Assembly (NCBI GenBank): GCA_963742735.1
Contig: CAVUMN010000004.1
Span: forward strand, 96,001-160,000
Origin: an uncultured Actinomycetes bacterium
Lineage (GTDB): Bacteria > Actinomycetota > UBA4738 > JBBDTT01
DNA: 64,000 nt
Direction: 5' to 3'
The position numbers were made by a program, and so were the translations under genes. The number at the start of each line of letters is the position of its first letter. Position 1 is the stretch's first letter. Below, one piece after another: positions 39,005 to 47,595 of the stretch. Under the pieces are notes generated by a model. The model did no database searches, was not told where the DNA came from, and saw only the letters and a list, made by a program, of their open reading frames with translations.

Positions 39005-39555
39005 CGGGGCTTCGGGAGCTCCGGGAGCCCGGGCTCCGGCTCCACGCCCAGGGAATTCAGGGTGAACGCCACCAGGTGGTACTGCCCGACCACCATGCAC
39101 ACCTCGATCAGCTGCCGGTAGTCGTAGAACGCGGCGAGCGCCTGCCAGGTCTCCTCGGAGATCACGGACTCCGCGTGGAGCTCGTCGGCGGCGTCGAGCA
39201 AGGCGATCTCGTTCTCGGACCATCCTTCGCGCTCGTCACCGGCGAGCCGCTCGATCTCGTCCTGCGTCAGCCCGGCGTGCAGCCCCAGGCCCACGTGCTG
39301 TCCCCACTCGTACTCGGCGCCGCACCGCACGGCGGTGCGCAGGATGAGGAGCTCGCGGTCGCGGGCGGGCAACGCTCCCGCGAACAGCAGGGTTCCGCCG
39401 AAGGCCGACCATCGCTTCAGCAGCTTCGGGTGATGGGCAAGCGTCGCGAACAGGTTCATCTCGGTGCCGTCGGGCCGCCGGAACATGCTCGCGAGAATCT
39501 CCTCGGTTCGCTCGTCTCGTTCGCCGGGGCGTGTGGGCGGGATGCGCGGTGTCAT
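39001..39555 (-). CDS. Carboxymuconolactone decarboxylase/AhpD-like protein
   Basis: NLFATLAHHP and RELLILR...AEYEWGQH. Confidence 0.88.
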   Translation of the reverse strand: MTPRIPPTRPGERDERTEEILASMFRRPDGTEMNLFATLAHHPKLLKRWSAFGGTLLFAGALPARDRELLILRTAVRCGAEYEWGQHVGLGLHAGLTQDEIERLAGDEREGWSENEIALLDAADELHAESVISEETWQALAAFYDYRQLIEVCMVVGQYHLVAFTLNSLGVEPEPGLPELPKPR

Positions 39556-39577
39556 GGACGAAGCATCACACGAGGCG

Positions 39578-40714
39578 TCAGGTCGTCGTCGCCTCGAACA
39601 GCTCCCATTCGCCCGGGATGCCTCGCAGCCCGACCGATCCCAGCGCCGCGAAGGCGAGGTCGGTACCGGTGGCGAGATCGCGGGACGTCCGCGTCACGAT
39701 GACCCGGCCGTCGCCGGCCTGGCCCAGCCCCCGCGCGGCGATGTGGACCCCGATCCCCCCGATGTCGTCGCCTCGGATCTCGATCTCACCGGTGTGGATC
39801 GCGGCGCGCATGGCGAGGTCGATGCCGGCCAGGGCGTCCCGCAGCCCGAACGCGCACCGGATCGCGCGCGTCGGCGTGTCGAACGTCGCGAGGACCCCGT
39901 CGCCGGTGGTCTTCACCACGCGGCCGCCGAACTGCTCCACCTGCGCCCGCGCGATGCGGTCGTGCCGGTCGAGGAGCTTGCGCCATTGACGGTCGCCGAG
40001 GGATGCGGCCTGCACCGTCGAGTCGACGATGTCCGTGAACAGGACGGTGGCCAGGACCCGGTCCGGGTCCTTCGCCGCCTCATAGGATTCGATGACCTCC
40101 TGGCTCCACGAGAACCTCTCCACGTACGTGCTCGAGGGGGCCTCCTCAGCTCGGTGGTAGGTGAGCAAGGTGACCCCGGAGCCGAACGTGAGGGTGTCCA
40201 CCAGGCGCAGGTGCGTCGTGTCTCGCTCGTCGCGGAACAAACGCTTGCCGCTGCCGAGGATCACCGGGAAGACCATGAGCCGGAGCTCGTCGACGAGGTC
40301 GGCGTCCAGCAGCGCGTTGAGCAGGTCGGCGCTGCCGTAGAGGACGATGTCGCCGCCCGGCTCTTGCTTCAGCTTCGCGATCGCCTCCACGGGGTCCTCG
40401 CTGATGATCGTGGTGTTGCTCCACGAGGACTCCTTCAGGCTGCGGGATACCACGTACTTCTGGATGCCGTTCATGCGATCGGCGAAGCCCTCGTCCCGAG
40501 GGGCCGTCGGCCAGAAGGCGGCGAAGATCTGATACGTCACCCGGCCCAGCAGGATCGCCTCCACGGCGAACACCTCGTCGATCTTGAATCGCTGCTGATC
40601 CTCCGTGGCGTGCGCGAGCGCCCAGGCGTTCTTCCCGTCCGGATGCTCGTCGTGTCCCGGCGCCTGCATGACGCCGTCGAGCGTGACGAACTCGGAGGCG
40701 ATCAGGCGCCGCAT
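39578..40714 (-). CDS. DHFR/RibD_C-like domain fused to a LipJ-type class III cyclase
   Basis: N-terminal TLDGVMQAPG/LLGRVTY/YGSA/PVILGSGKRLF; C-terminal RVLATVLFTDIVDST, KTTGDG, HTGE and GIGVHIAAR. Confidence 0.88.
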   Translation of the reverse strand: MRRLIASEFVTLDGVMQAPGHDEHPDGKNAWALAHATEDQQRFKIDEVFAVEAILLGRVTYQIFAAFWPTAPRDEGFADRMNGIQKYVVSRSLKESSWSNTTIISEDPVEAIAKLKQEPGGDIVLYGSADLLNALLDADLVDELRLMVFPVILGSGKRLFRDERDTTHLRLVDTLTFGSGVTLLTYHRAEEAPSSTYVERFSWSQEVIESYEAAKDPDRVLATVLFTDIVDSTVQAASLGDRQWRKLLDRHDRIARAQVEQFGGRVVKTTGDGVLATFDTPTRAIRCAFGLRDALAGIDLAMRAAIHTGEIEIRGDDIGGIGVHIAARGLGQAGDGRVIVTRTSRDLATGTDLAFAALGSVGLRGIPGEWELFEATTT

Positions 40715-40718
40715 GCGC

Positions 40719-41495
40719 TCACGGGCCGAAGAACTCCTGCAGCACCGAAGCGATCGCCTCGGGCGCCACGTCGTGGGACTGGCCCTCCAGCACGTGCACC
40801 CGCCCGTTCGGGATCGCCTCGGCCAGCGATCGCGCCGTCTCCTGCATGAACGGGAAGCTCGCGCCCCCGGCGATCACCAGTGCCGGGGCGGTGACGAGCG
40901 CGGCCCGATCGAGGGGAGCCGAGTAGTCCCCCATGATCCTGGCGTCGTACTCCAGCGTGTGCGCCAGGGCCTCCGTCGCCGCCCACCAGGGTTGCGCCCG
41001 GGCCTGCTCCACGAACTCCGCCGGCATGCCCACGACCTTCGCCATGAAGAACTCCACCGCGTCGCCGCGGCGGTTCTGAGCCACCAGGCGCTCGAACGTC
41101 TCGGCGGAATCGCTGGGGGGTCGCATCGCGGGATCCGGAACGAACGGCGGCTCCCACAGCGCCAGCTTCGTGATGGGAAGACCGGTGGCCGCGGCCTCCA
41201 GGACCAGCGCCGCCCCCGACGAGGTCCCGTAGACGGATGCGGCTCCGCCCGCAGCGCCGATCACCGCGTCGAGATCCTCGACCTCGCGCTCCACGGCGTA
41301 CGGCGGCGTGTCCCCGCTCGGCCCTCGTCCGCGGCGGTCGTAGTTGAAGACGGTGAACCCATCCGAGAGCAGCGCCGCCACCGGCGCGTTCGAGGATCGA
41401 TCGACCGAACCGCCGCTCACCAGGACGACCGCGGGCCCCTCGCCCGACCGGTCGTAGGCGATGCTGGTGCCGTCCTCCGAGGTCACGGAATCCAT
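40719..41495 (-). CDS. Alpha/beta hydrolase
   Basis: YDRRGRG.SGD, GTSSG and GQSH. Confidence 0.9.
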   Translation of the reverse strand: MDSVTSEDGTSIAYDRSGEGPAVVLVSGGSVDRSSNAPVAALLSDGFTVFNYDRRGRGPSGDTPPYAVEREVEDLDAVIGAAGGAASVYGTSSGAALVLEAAATGLPITKLALWEPPFVPDPAMRPPSDSAETFERLVAQNRRGDAVEFFMAKVVGMPAEFVEQARAQPWWAATEALAHTLEYDARIMGDYSAPLDRAALVTAPALVIAGGASFPFMQETARSLAEAIPNGRVHVLEGQSHDVAPEAIASVLQEFFGP

Positions 41496-41547
41496 CAGCG
41501 TCCCCCCTTGCTCTCGCGGTGCATCAGTGGCGTGAGGGCGCTGCGGG

Positions 41548-41994
41548 CTAGGAGGCGACGCTCCAGGCGTCGGCACCTTCGTCGACGACCGAGCGGCCGT
41601 GGCGCTCGGTCAGGGCACGTCGGAGCAGCGGCTCCCAGGCCTTGAAACCGCTCGCGAATCGCGTCTCTCCCGCCGCGGTCTCGATGACGAGGATGTCCCT
41701 GACGGTCAGCTTCTTCACCAGGGCGACTCGCGTGATATCGGTGAGGAGGAAGTCGACCATCGGGGGTCGTTCCTTCCGTCGCTTCTCCAGCTCCTCGGCC
41801 AGCTTCCCCGCGAGCCAGCCCCCGACGGCTCCCGCCTGACTCGGATTGAACCGCTGATCCATGAACAGCACCCGGTCGTTGGTGAGGAGCGCGTGCCCGC
41901 GCTTGTTCGACAGCGGCCCGCCGGCCATCAGCACGGTCTCCTGCTCGTTCAGGACGTCCTCGGGGGTTCCCGGCTGGAACGCTTCCTCGGCCAT
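41548..41994 (-). CDS. Hypothetical protein (possible PH-like fold)
   Basis: GHALLTNDRVLF pattern; TAGGAT -10 before the ATG. Confidence 0.6.
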   Translation of the reverse strand: MAEEAFQPGTPEDVLNEQETVLMAGGPLSNKRGHALLTNDRVLFMDQRFNPSQAGAVGGWLAGKLAEELEKRRKERPPMVDFLLTDITRVALVKKLTVRDILVIETAAGETRFASGFKAWEPLLRRALTERHGRSVVDEGADAWSVAS

Positions 41995-42034
41995 GGCGCG
42001 GAATCCTAGTCCGATTCCACGGGACACCGCGCCC

Positions 42035-42736
42035 TCACGTCGCGACCTCGAGCACGTCGCCGATCGCCACGCGGCCGGGCAAGACGACATCCGCGTACAC
42101 CCCGAAGCACAGCTCGCGCAGGTCGCCGAGGGTCTTCAGCACGCGGCCGTCGGCGGGCAGGTCCCGCTGGGGAAGGTCCACCATCACGCAGCGCTCGATG
42201 CGCTTGGAGATCCGCAGCCGCGCGGCCCCGATCGTGATCTGCTTACCCATCCACGACTCCTCCGCCCACGGCTCCGCGAGCTCGATCAGGACGTTCTTGC
42301 GGAACCGTCGAACGTCGACCGGCCCGTCGTCCCCGAGGAGCTCGCCGAGCGCCCGCAGCGAGCCCGTGGTCGTCAGGCTGACCGCGCCCGCGTCCATGTG
42401 GGGCACGTCCTCCTCGCGGGCGAGAGTGACGGAGGCGCCCAGCAGGTGCGAGAGGCGAGGCCCCGTGCCGGCGTCGCCGGCTCGCAGCGTCTCACCGCCG
42501 GGAGTCGTGACCACGGGCACGCCCGTCTCGTCGTACCGCGCCGTGTACCCCAGCAGCCCGTCGATACGCCGGAAGCGCGTGGTGCTCTTGCCGCTGCCGA
42601 GCTTTCCCTCGGGGTCGCGCACGGCCCACAGACGGTCGCCCTCGAGTCCCCGATCGCCGCAGTCCACCTCGGTGCAGGACTCACCCCCCATCGACTTCAC
42701 GGGGTACCTGGCGAGCCCAACCACGGTCGCAGCCAC
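42035..42736 (-). CDS. MOSC domain protein
   Basis: RYPVKSMGGE, GDR.WA, RRFR.N, RCVMV and GVYA. Confidence 0.9.
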   Translation of the reverse strand: MAATVVGLARYPVKSMGGESCTEVDCGDRGLEGDRLWAVRDPEGKLGSGKSTTRFRRIDGLLGYTARYDETGVPVVTTPGGETLRAGDAGTGPRLSHLLGASVTLAREEDVPHMDAGAVSLTTTGSLRALGELLGDDGPVDVRRFRKNVLIELAEPWAEESWMGKQITIGAARLRISKRIERCVMVDLPQRDLPADGRVLKTLGDLRELCFGVYADVVLPGRVAIGDVLEVAT

Positions 42737-42772
42737 CTTCGGACCCTAGCGCGAGCCCCTCAGGTCGCGGCG

Positions 42773-43741
42773 TCACACCGTGATGACGAGCTTTCCGCGT
42801 ACGCGGCCCGCCTCGATCTGACGGATCGCCTCGGGCGCCTCGCTCAGCGGGTACGTGCGCTCGATCGCCGGCAGGACCTTCCCCGCTTCGGCGAGCTCCG
42901 TCAGGGCCTGGATGTCCTCGAGGCGCTCCTTCGGACCCTGCATCACGAACCGCTGGCGAACGAAGAGCGAACGCAACGAGGCGCGGATCGGCCGGCCCAG
43001 TCCCCCGGAGAAGCTTCCGCCGTCCTCGCCGCCGACGAACACGATGGTCCCCCGCGGGGTCAGGGCCCGGCGCAGCCGCGACAGCGAACGGTTGCCCGCG
43101 ATGTCGATGATGACGTCCCACTGCCGTGCGCCGTCCGTGAAGTCCTCGGCCGTGTAGTCGATGACGTGATCGGCGCCGAGCGATCGCACCAGGTCCGCCT
43201 TCGACCCGCTGCACACCGCCGTGACCTCCGCGCCCAGTTCCTTCGCGATCTGCACCGCGAACGTCCCCACGCCACCGGAGGCCCCGATGATCAGGACGGT
43301 CTGACCGGGCTGCACCTTCGCGGAGTCGCGCACCGACCCGAGCGCCGTGATGCCGGAGATCGAGAGCGCGGCCGCCTGCTCGAAGGAGAGGTTGGCCGGC
43401 TTCGACACGAGCTTCTTCTCAGGAGCGCGCGCGTACTCGGCGAAGGCGCCCTTGCCGATGCCGAGGACCTCGTCCCCAACCTTGAACCGGGTCACGCTCG
43501 ACCCGACGGCCTCCACCACGCCCGCCAGGTCCATGCCCGGAACCGGTTGCTTCGGCCGTCGCAGTCCGATCGCCAGCTTCGCCACGTGGGGCAGGCCGGT
43601 CATGAGATGCCACACACCCCGGTCCACGCCGGCCGCGCGGACGCGAACCAGCACCTCGTCGTCGCCGATCTCCGGCGTCGCCACGTCCCCGAACTGCAGG
43701 ACGTCGGCCGAGCCGTATCGATCCTGGAAGATCGCCTTCAT
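42773..43741 (-). CDS. NAD(P)-dependent MDR/quinone-reductase-like oxidoreductase
   Basis: PGMDLAG.V, GASGGVG, GADHVIDY and GKLVI. Confidence 0.9.
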   Translation of the reverse strand: MKAIFQDRYGSADVLQFGDVATPEIGDDEVLVRVRAAGVDRGVWHLMTGLPHVAKLAIGLRRPKQPVPGMDLAGVVEAVGSSVTRFKVGDEVLGIGKGAFAEYARAPEKKLVSKPANLSFEQAAALSISGITALGSVRDSAKVQPGQTVLIIGASGGVGTFAVQIAKELGAEVTAVCSGSKADLVRSLGADHVIDYTAEDFTDGARQWDVIIDIAGNRSLSRLRRALTPRGTIVFVGGEDGGSFSGGLGRPIRASLRSLFVRQRFVMQGPKERLEDIQALTELAEAGKVLPAIERTYPLSEAPEAIRQIEAGRVRGKLVITV

Positions 43742-43759
43742 CGTGTCCTCGCGCTCCAA

Positions 43760-44326
43760 TCATGGTCGAGTGAGGTGAGCCAGGACCCCGTCGAGGGGAC
43801 GAGGGACGCGGGCGAGGTCCAGCGCGCCGACGAGCACCGGCGCGTACTGGCTCTTCCGTCCGCTGCGCGTGCCCATGAACCGCCGCAGCTGCTGCTCGAT
43901 GGGCTGGCCTCGCTTCTCTGGCATCTGCTGAAAGGTGCGGAACCGGCCGAGCTCACCCTGGGCCTCGATGAGTCGCACCACGGCGTCGGCCCCGAGGGCG
44001 CGGATCAGCTCGTCCTCGAGGTCCGCCTCGCACACGAAGAAGCCGAGCCGCTCCAGGTCGGTGCGGGTGAGGTTCGAGCCGAGGCCGGCTCGCTCCAGGC
44101 CGCGCTGGAAGTCGCCCTCCTCCCCAACGTCGCACAGTCCGGCCAGCCGTTGGTCCAGTCCGCGAGGCCCGAACCGATCCAGGAAGGCTCCGATGCTCTT
44201 CGTCCCGCCGATCGGCACGATCGAGACGCCCTCGGCACCGAGATCCCGGCCCCGGCGCCTCGCGAGCGCGTCCAGCGCCAGCTGGTCGCTGACCCCCTCG
44301 ACGAGCACGACCGTGTGGGCATCCAT
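43760..44326 (-). CDS. Stand-alone OLD-type TOPRIM domain protein
   Basis: VLVEGVSD, GLCD.GE and DLEDEL. Confidence 0.8.
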   Translation of the reverse strand: MDAHTVVLVEGVSDQLALDALARRRGRDLGAEGVSIVPIGGTKSIGAFLDRFGPRGLDQRLAGLCDVGEEGDFQRGLERAGLGSNLTRTDLERLGFFVCEADLEDELIRALGADAVVRLIEAQGELGRFRTFQQMPEKRGQPIEQQLRRFMGTRSGRKSQYAPVLVGALDLARVPRPLDGVLAHLTRP

Positions 44327-44345
44327 GGTCCACACATCTTGGGGT

Positions 44346-44375
44346 TTGCATCTACTTAAGAATGCGCTTTAGAAT
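44346..44375 (+). promoter_or_regulatory. Sigma70-like promoter with an internal palindromic operator
   Basis: TTGCAT-N18-TAGAAT enclosing the imperfect palindrome GCATCTACTTAAGAATGC. Confidence 0.6.
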
Positions 44376-44383
44376 TGCACACG

Positions 44384-44908
44384 ATGAAGATCGAGAGCCC
44401 GTCGTTCACCGAGGCCTACTACCACGAGGTGATCGGCGACTACTTCGAGCGCGAGCGGAGCCAGCTCATCGACCGGCTGCGCGCGATCGTCACGGAGACG
44501 GTCGAGTTGCTCCCCTCGTTCGCGAGCGCGGATCGGCCCGACGACGACTCCTGGAATGCCATCGAGACCCTGGCCCACATGGCGGTGACCGCGCAGTTCT
44601 TCGGATGGGTAGTCCACGAGGTCACGGAGGGGCACGAGATCGGCGCCCGGATGGTCGAGCTGATGAACCTCCGGGACCCCGTCATCGTCGACTCGGTGCG
44701 GCAACCCCCTCAGTCCCTCGTGGAGCAGCTTCGAACCAGCATCGAGCGCACGATCGCGTTCCTGGAAGACGTTCCGTACGACCGGCTGAGAACGACGATC
44801 ACCTTCGCCGGCCGGGCGTTGTCCGCCGAGGACTTCCTGCGGGTCTCGCTGGCGCACCACCTCGAGGACCACCTCGAGCAGACGCGCTCGGCGCTCGGCT
44901 CCGCCTAG
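44384..44908 (+). CDS. DinB-like four-helix protein
   Basis: WNAIETLAHM and HHLEDHLEQ. Confidence 0.75.
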   Translation: MKIESPSFTEAYYHEVIGDYFERERSQLIDRLRAIVTETVELLPSFASADRPDDDSWNAIETLAHMAVTAQFFGWVVHEVTEGHEIGARMVELMNLRDPVIVDSVRQPPQSLVEQLRTSIERTIAFLEDVPYDRLRTTITFAGRALSAEDFLRVSLAHHLEDHLEQTRSALGSA

Positions 44909-44920
44909 GCGGTCGTCCGG

Positions 44921-45226
44921 TCAGTCGAGACGGACGGCCGTCATGCGGCCCGTCTTCGTGAGCTCGACGACGGCCCGCCGGCCGCCCGTGGCGCAGAACT
45001 CATACGCGCCGGCGGGCCGCGCGTCGGGCTGCCCGAGCACGAACCCCTCATCTGTCCGAGCGATGTAGCGGCCCGTGGTCGCGGAACGGATGGCGTAGCA
45101 GCCTCCGGCCATGACGTAGCGGTCGTCGGGGAGCCTGGACCCGGCCGGTGCCGACAGGGCCCGCGGCGCCTTTCCGGCGGGGACCATCGCGAGGACCGCG
45201 ACGAGCGCCAGGATCGCGCCGGTCAC
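44921..45226 (-). pseudogene. Short secreted ORF, possibly an internally deleted remnant of a large secreted hydrolase
   Basis: Signal peptide plus DRYVMAGGCYAI joined directly to LGQP...YEFC...GR; family resemblance from memory only. Confidence 0.35.
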
Positions 45227-45374
45227 CCGGCCACCGCGCCCCGTCGTCCGCCGCCCTCGAACCCACCCCGCCAGCCGCCTCAGGCTTGCTCCCCTCGATC
45301 AGGTGTCGAGTGCTTGGTTCGCCGGACGACGGCCGGCCCCTACCTTCGATTGGGCTCGAGCCGGGCCCTTCCGC

Positions 45375-46073
45375 TCAGGCCAGGCCGCCGGCGGCCAGGA
45401 CCAGCAGGAGCACCGCGGCGTAGTGGCAGGCGCTCGCGGCGATCACCATCGAGTGCCAGATCTCGTGATAGCCGAACGTCGCGGGGGCCGGATTGGGCTT
45501 GTTGCGGGCCAGGACCACGGCGCCGCCCGTGTACAGGACGCCGCCGATGAGGATCAGCGCGACCGACGTGCCGCTCAGCGACCGCAGCAGCTGCGGGGCG
45601 AAGGGGAACAGGACCCACCCGAGCAGGATGTACAGGGCCCCGGTCAGGATCTTGAACTTCTCGATTCGCAGAAGCTTCAGCGTGATGCCGACCGCGGCGC
45701 CGGCCCAGACCACCGCGAGCGCCACGATCGACCACGGTGCGCGCAGACCGAGCAGCGCAACCGGCGTCGCCGATCCTGCGATCAGCAGGTAGATCATCGC
45801 GTGGTCCAGGCGGCGCATCCACCTGAACCCCGTGGCCGACCAGCGGCGGCGGTGATACGTCGCGCTCACCCCGTACAGCCCGGCCAGGCTGAAGGAGTAG
45901 ATCAGCGCCGCGACGCGGGCGGCCGTGGTCTGCGCCGCCGAGAACAGCACGACCCCGGCGGGGATGGTCAGGAAGAACGCGACCTGGTGGAACCAGCCGC
46001 GCATCCGGGGCTTGGGCCGCAGATGCTCCGGGACGACCTCATCCGCGGCCATGGTGGAGGTGGAAACGTCCAC
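45375..46073 (-). CDS. Hemolysin III/PAQR family membrane protein
   Basis: KPRMRGWFH, SATYH, RRLDHAMIY and FGYHEIWH. Confidence 0.92.
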   Translation of the reverse strand: MDVSTSTMAADEVVPEHLRPKPRMRGWFHQVAFFLTIPAGVVLFSAAQTTAARVAALIYSFSLAGLYGVSATYHRRRWSATGFRWMRRLDHAMIYLLIAGSATPVALLGLRAPWSIVALAVVWAGAAVGITLKLLRIEKFKILTGALYILLGWVLFPFAPQLLRSLSGTSVALILIGGVLYTGGAVVLARNKPNPAPATFGYHEIWHSMVIAASACHYAAVLLLVLAAGGLA

Positions 46074-46085
46074 GTCCGTCCCTCC

Positions 46086-46427
46086 TCAGCTGCCGCGAGC
46101 GCGGCGGGGGTCCGCGTCGGACGCCATGCGACCGCCCTCGCCCAGCTTCGAGACCGTCGAGTAGCGCTCCGCCTCGGCCAGGACCAGGTCGATCTCGGGG
46201 TTCTCGTGATCACGCGCGATCGCGAAATGGGTTCCGTCTCTGCGGACGCCCTCGTACTCGGCGTGGGTGAGGGAGATCACCGACGAACACGCGTCGGCGC
46301 TGCACTCACAGGCGAACTCGACGAGCCCGGAGCCGGCGCCGAAGCGCTCGTTCGCCCCCTCGATCCACTCGTTGCGCTCGCGCGACGCCATCTCGGCGAG
46401 CACCTGGCCGGTACGCCACTCATCCAT
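46086..46427 (-). CDS. Conserved small Cys/His protein
   Basis: FACEC...C...ISLT..EYE.VR....F.IA..H; overlaps the STAS stop. Confidence 0.75.
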   Translation of the reverse strand: MDEWRTGQVLAEMASRERNEWIEGANERFGAGSGLVEFACECSADACSSVISLTHAEYEGVRRDGTHFAIARDHENPEIDLVLAEAERYSTVSKLGEGGRMASDADPRRARGS

Positions 46428-46839
46428 CCGGGTAACCGGCTTCAGCCTGCGGCTCGATCGACGCCGCGATCGGGACGTCCACGAGGGAGGGCGCGGACTC
46501 CAGCAGGGCCTCGTTGCCCGTCATGGCGAACACCTTGCGGACGCGGGAACCGGCGGAGACGACGGAAACGACGCACCCCTCGAGCTCGGCCTTCCGGAGC
46601 CCTTCGACGATCGCCGCCAGCCCGGCCAGGTCAAGGAAGGACACGCGCTCCAGATCGAGAACCAGGACCCCGTCCGCCCCGGCGCGCGCGCGGTCGAAGG
46701 ACGACTCGAGCTCGCGGACGTCGCCGAAGTCGATCTCTCCGGCCAGCTGGAGGACCACCACGCCGGCAACGTCCGCGATCCGGCTGCGCATGCGGAAACG
46801 GTGCGAGTCCCCTGTCGGGACCGGGGTTTCGGGGGGCAC
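46420..46839 (-). CDS. STAS anti-sigma factor antagonist
   Basis: LAGEIDF, VLDLERVSFLDLAGL and KVFAMTG; AGGAGG RBS. Confidence 0.85.
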   Translation of the reverse strand: MPPETPVPTGDSHRFRMRSRIADVAGVVVLQLAGEIDFGDVRELESSFDRARAGADGVLVLDLERVSFLDLAGLAAIVEGLRKAELEGCVVSVVSAGSRVRKVFAMTGNEALLESAPSLVDVPIAASIEPQAEAGYPDG

Positions 46840-46937
46840 GAAAACCTCCTGTCGAACAACCGCGGAGCCGGGAGCTTGGGCCGGGTTCCCTGCGACCGGG
46901 GGTTCGGACCGAGGAGGCGAGGCCGGCGGGGGTTCAG
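46819..46937. repeat. Three-copy motif (minus strand GAA[A/C]CCCCG) in the STAS leader and first codons
   Basis: gaccggggtttcgg 46819-32, gaccgggggttcgg 46894-907, cggcgggggttcag 46924-37. Confidence 0.65.
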
Positions 46938-46998
46938 CCGGGACTCGTTGTGACTACTCTAGGCCTTTCGGGAATCGGCCGACGCTCACGAGGGTGCG

Positions 46999-47595
46999 AT
47001 GGCTGGCACGGAGATGCCTCAGCTGCGAATACTGGTGGCCGACGGCGACACGCCCCGCCGGGTCCAGGTGGTGGAGACGCTCGGCGGGCTCGGCCACACG
47101 GTGCTCGGTCGCACGACCGACCTCGAGAACCTCGGCCGTGTCACCGCGGAGGAGCAGCCCGACGTCGCGATCGTGATCGTGGGAGATGCGTCCGATCACG
47201 CGCTCGAGGTCATCGGACGGATCGTCCGCGAGGCCGCCTGCCCGGTGATCGCGATCCTCGACGTCGAGGATCCGGCCTTCGTCCGGCGAGCCGCCGCCCG
47301 CGGGATCTTCGCCTACCTGAGCGGACGGGAAGTGGCCGAGGGGTTCCAGAGCTCCATCGACATCGTCCTGCGCCGCTTCGCCGAGTACCACGACCTCGAG
47401 GGCGCCTTCGGCCGTCGTGCGGTGACCGAGCGGGCGAAGGGCATCCTGATGGAGCGGTACTCGATCGGCGAGCAGGAGGCGTTCGAGATGCTGCGTTCGC
47501 ACGCCCGGAGCTCGAGCCGAAAGATCGTCGACGTGGCCGAGGCGCTCCTGGCGAGCCACCGCCTGCTCCCCGGCGGACCCGGGGGCGGAACCTAG
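46999..47595 (+). CDS. ANTAR-domain regulator with a degenerate receiver domain
   Basis: RAVTERAKGILMER...EAF.MLR..ARS..RK..DVA; the REC domain lacks the phospho-Asp (PDVAIVI) and the conserved Lys. Confidence 0.88.
   Translation: MAGTEMPQLRILVADGDTPRRVQVVETLGGLGHTVLGRTTDLENLGRVTAEEQPDVAIVIVGDASDHALEVIGRIVREAACPVIAILDVEDPAFVRRAAARGIFAYLSGREVAEGFQSSIDIVLRRFAEYHDLEGAFGRRAVTERAKGILMERYSIGEQEAFEMLRSHARSSSRKIVDVAEALLASHRLLPGGPGGGT

Noticed and set aside
46840-46998. Canonical ANTAR dual-hexaloop target
   Set aside because: AACGAG is present but has no flanking stem; only the non-canonical repeat is reported
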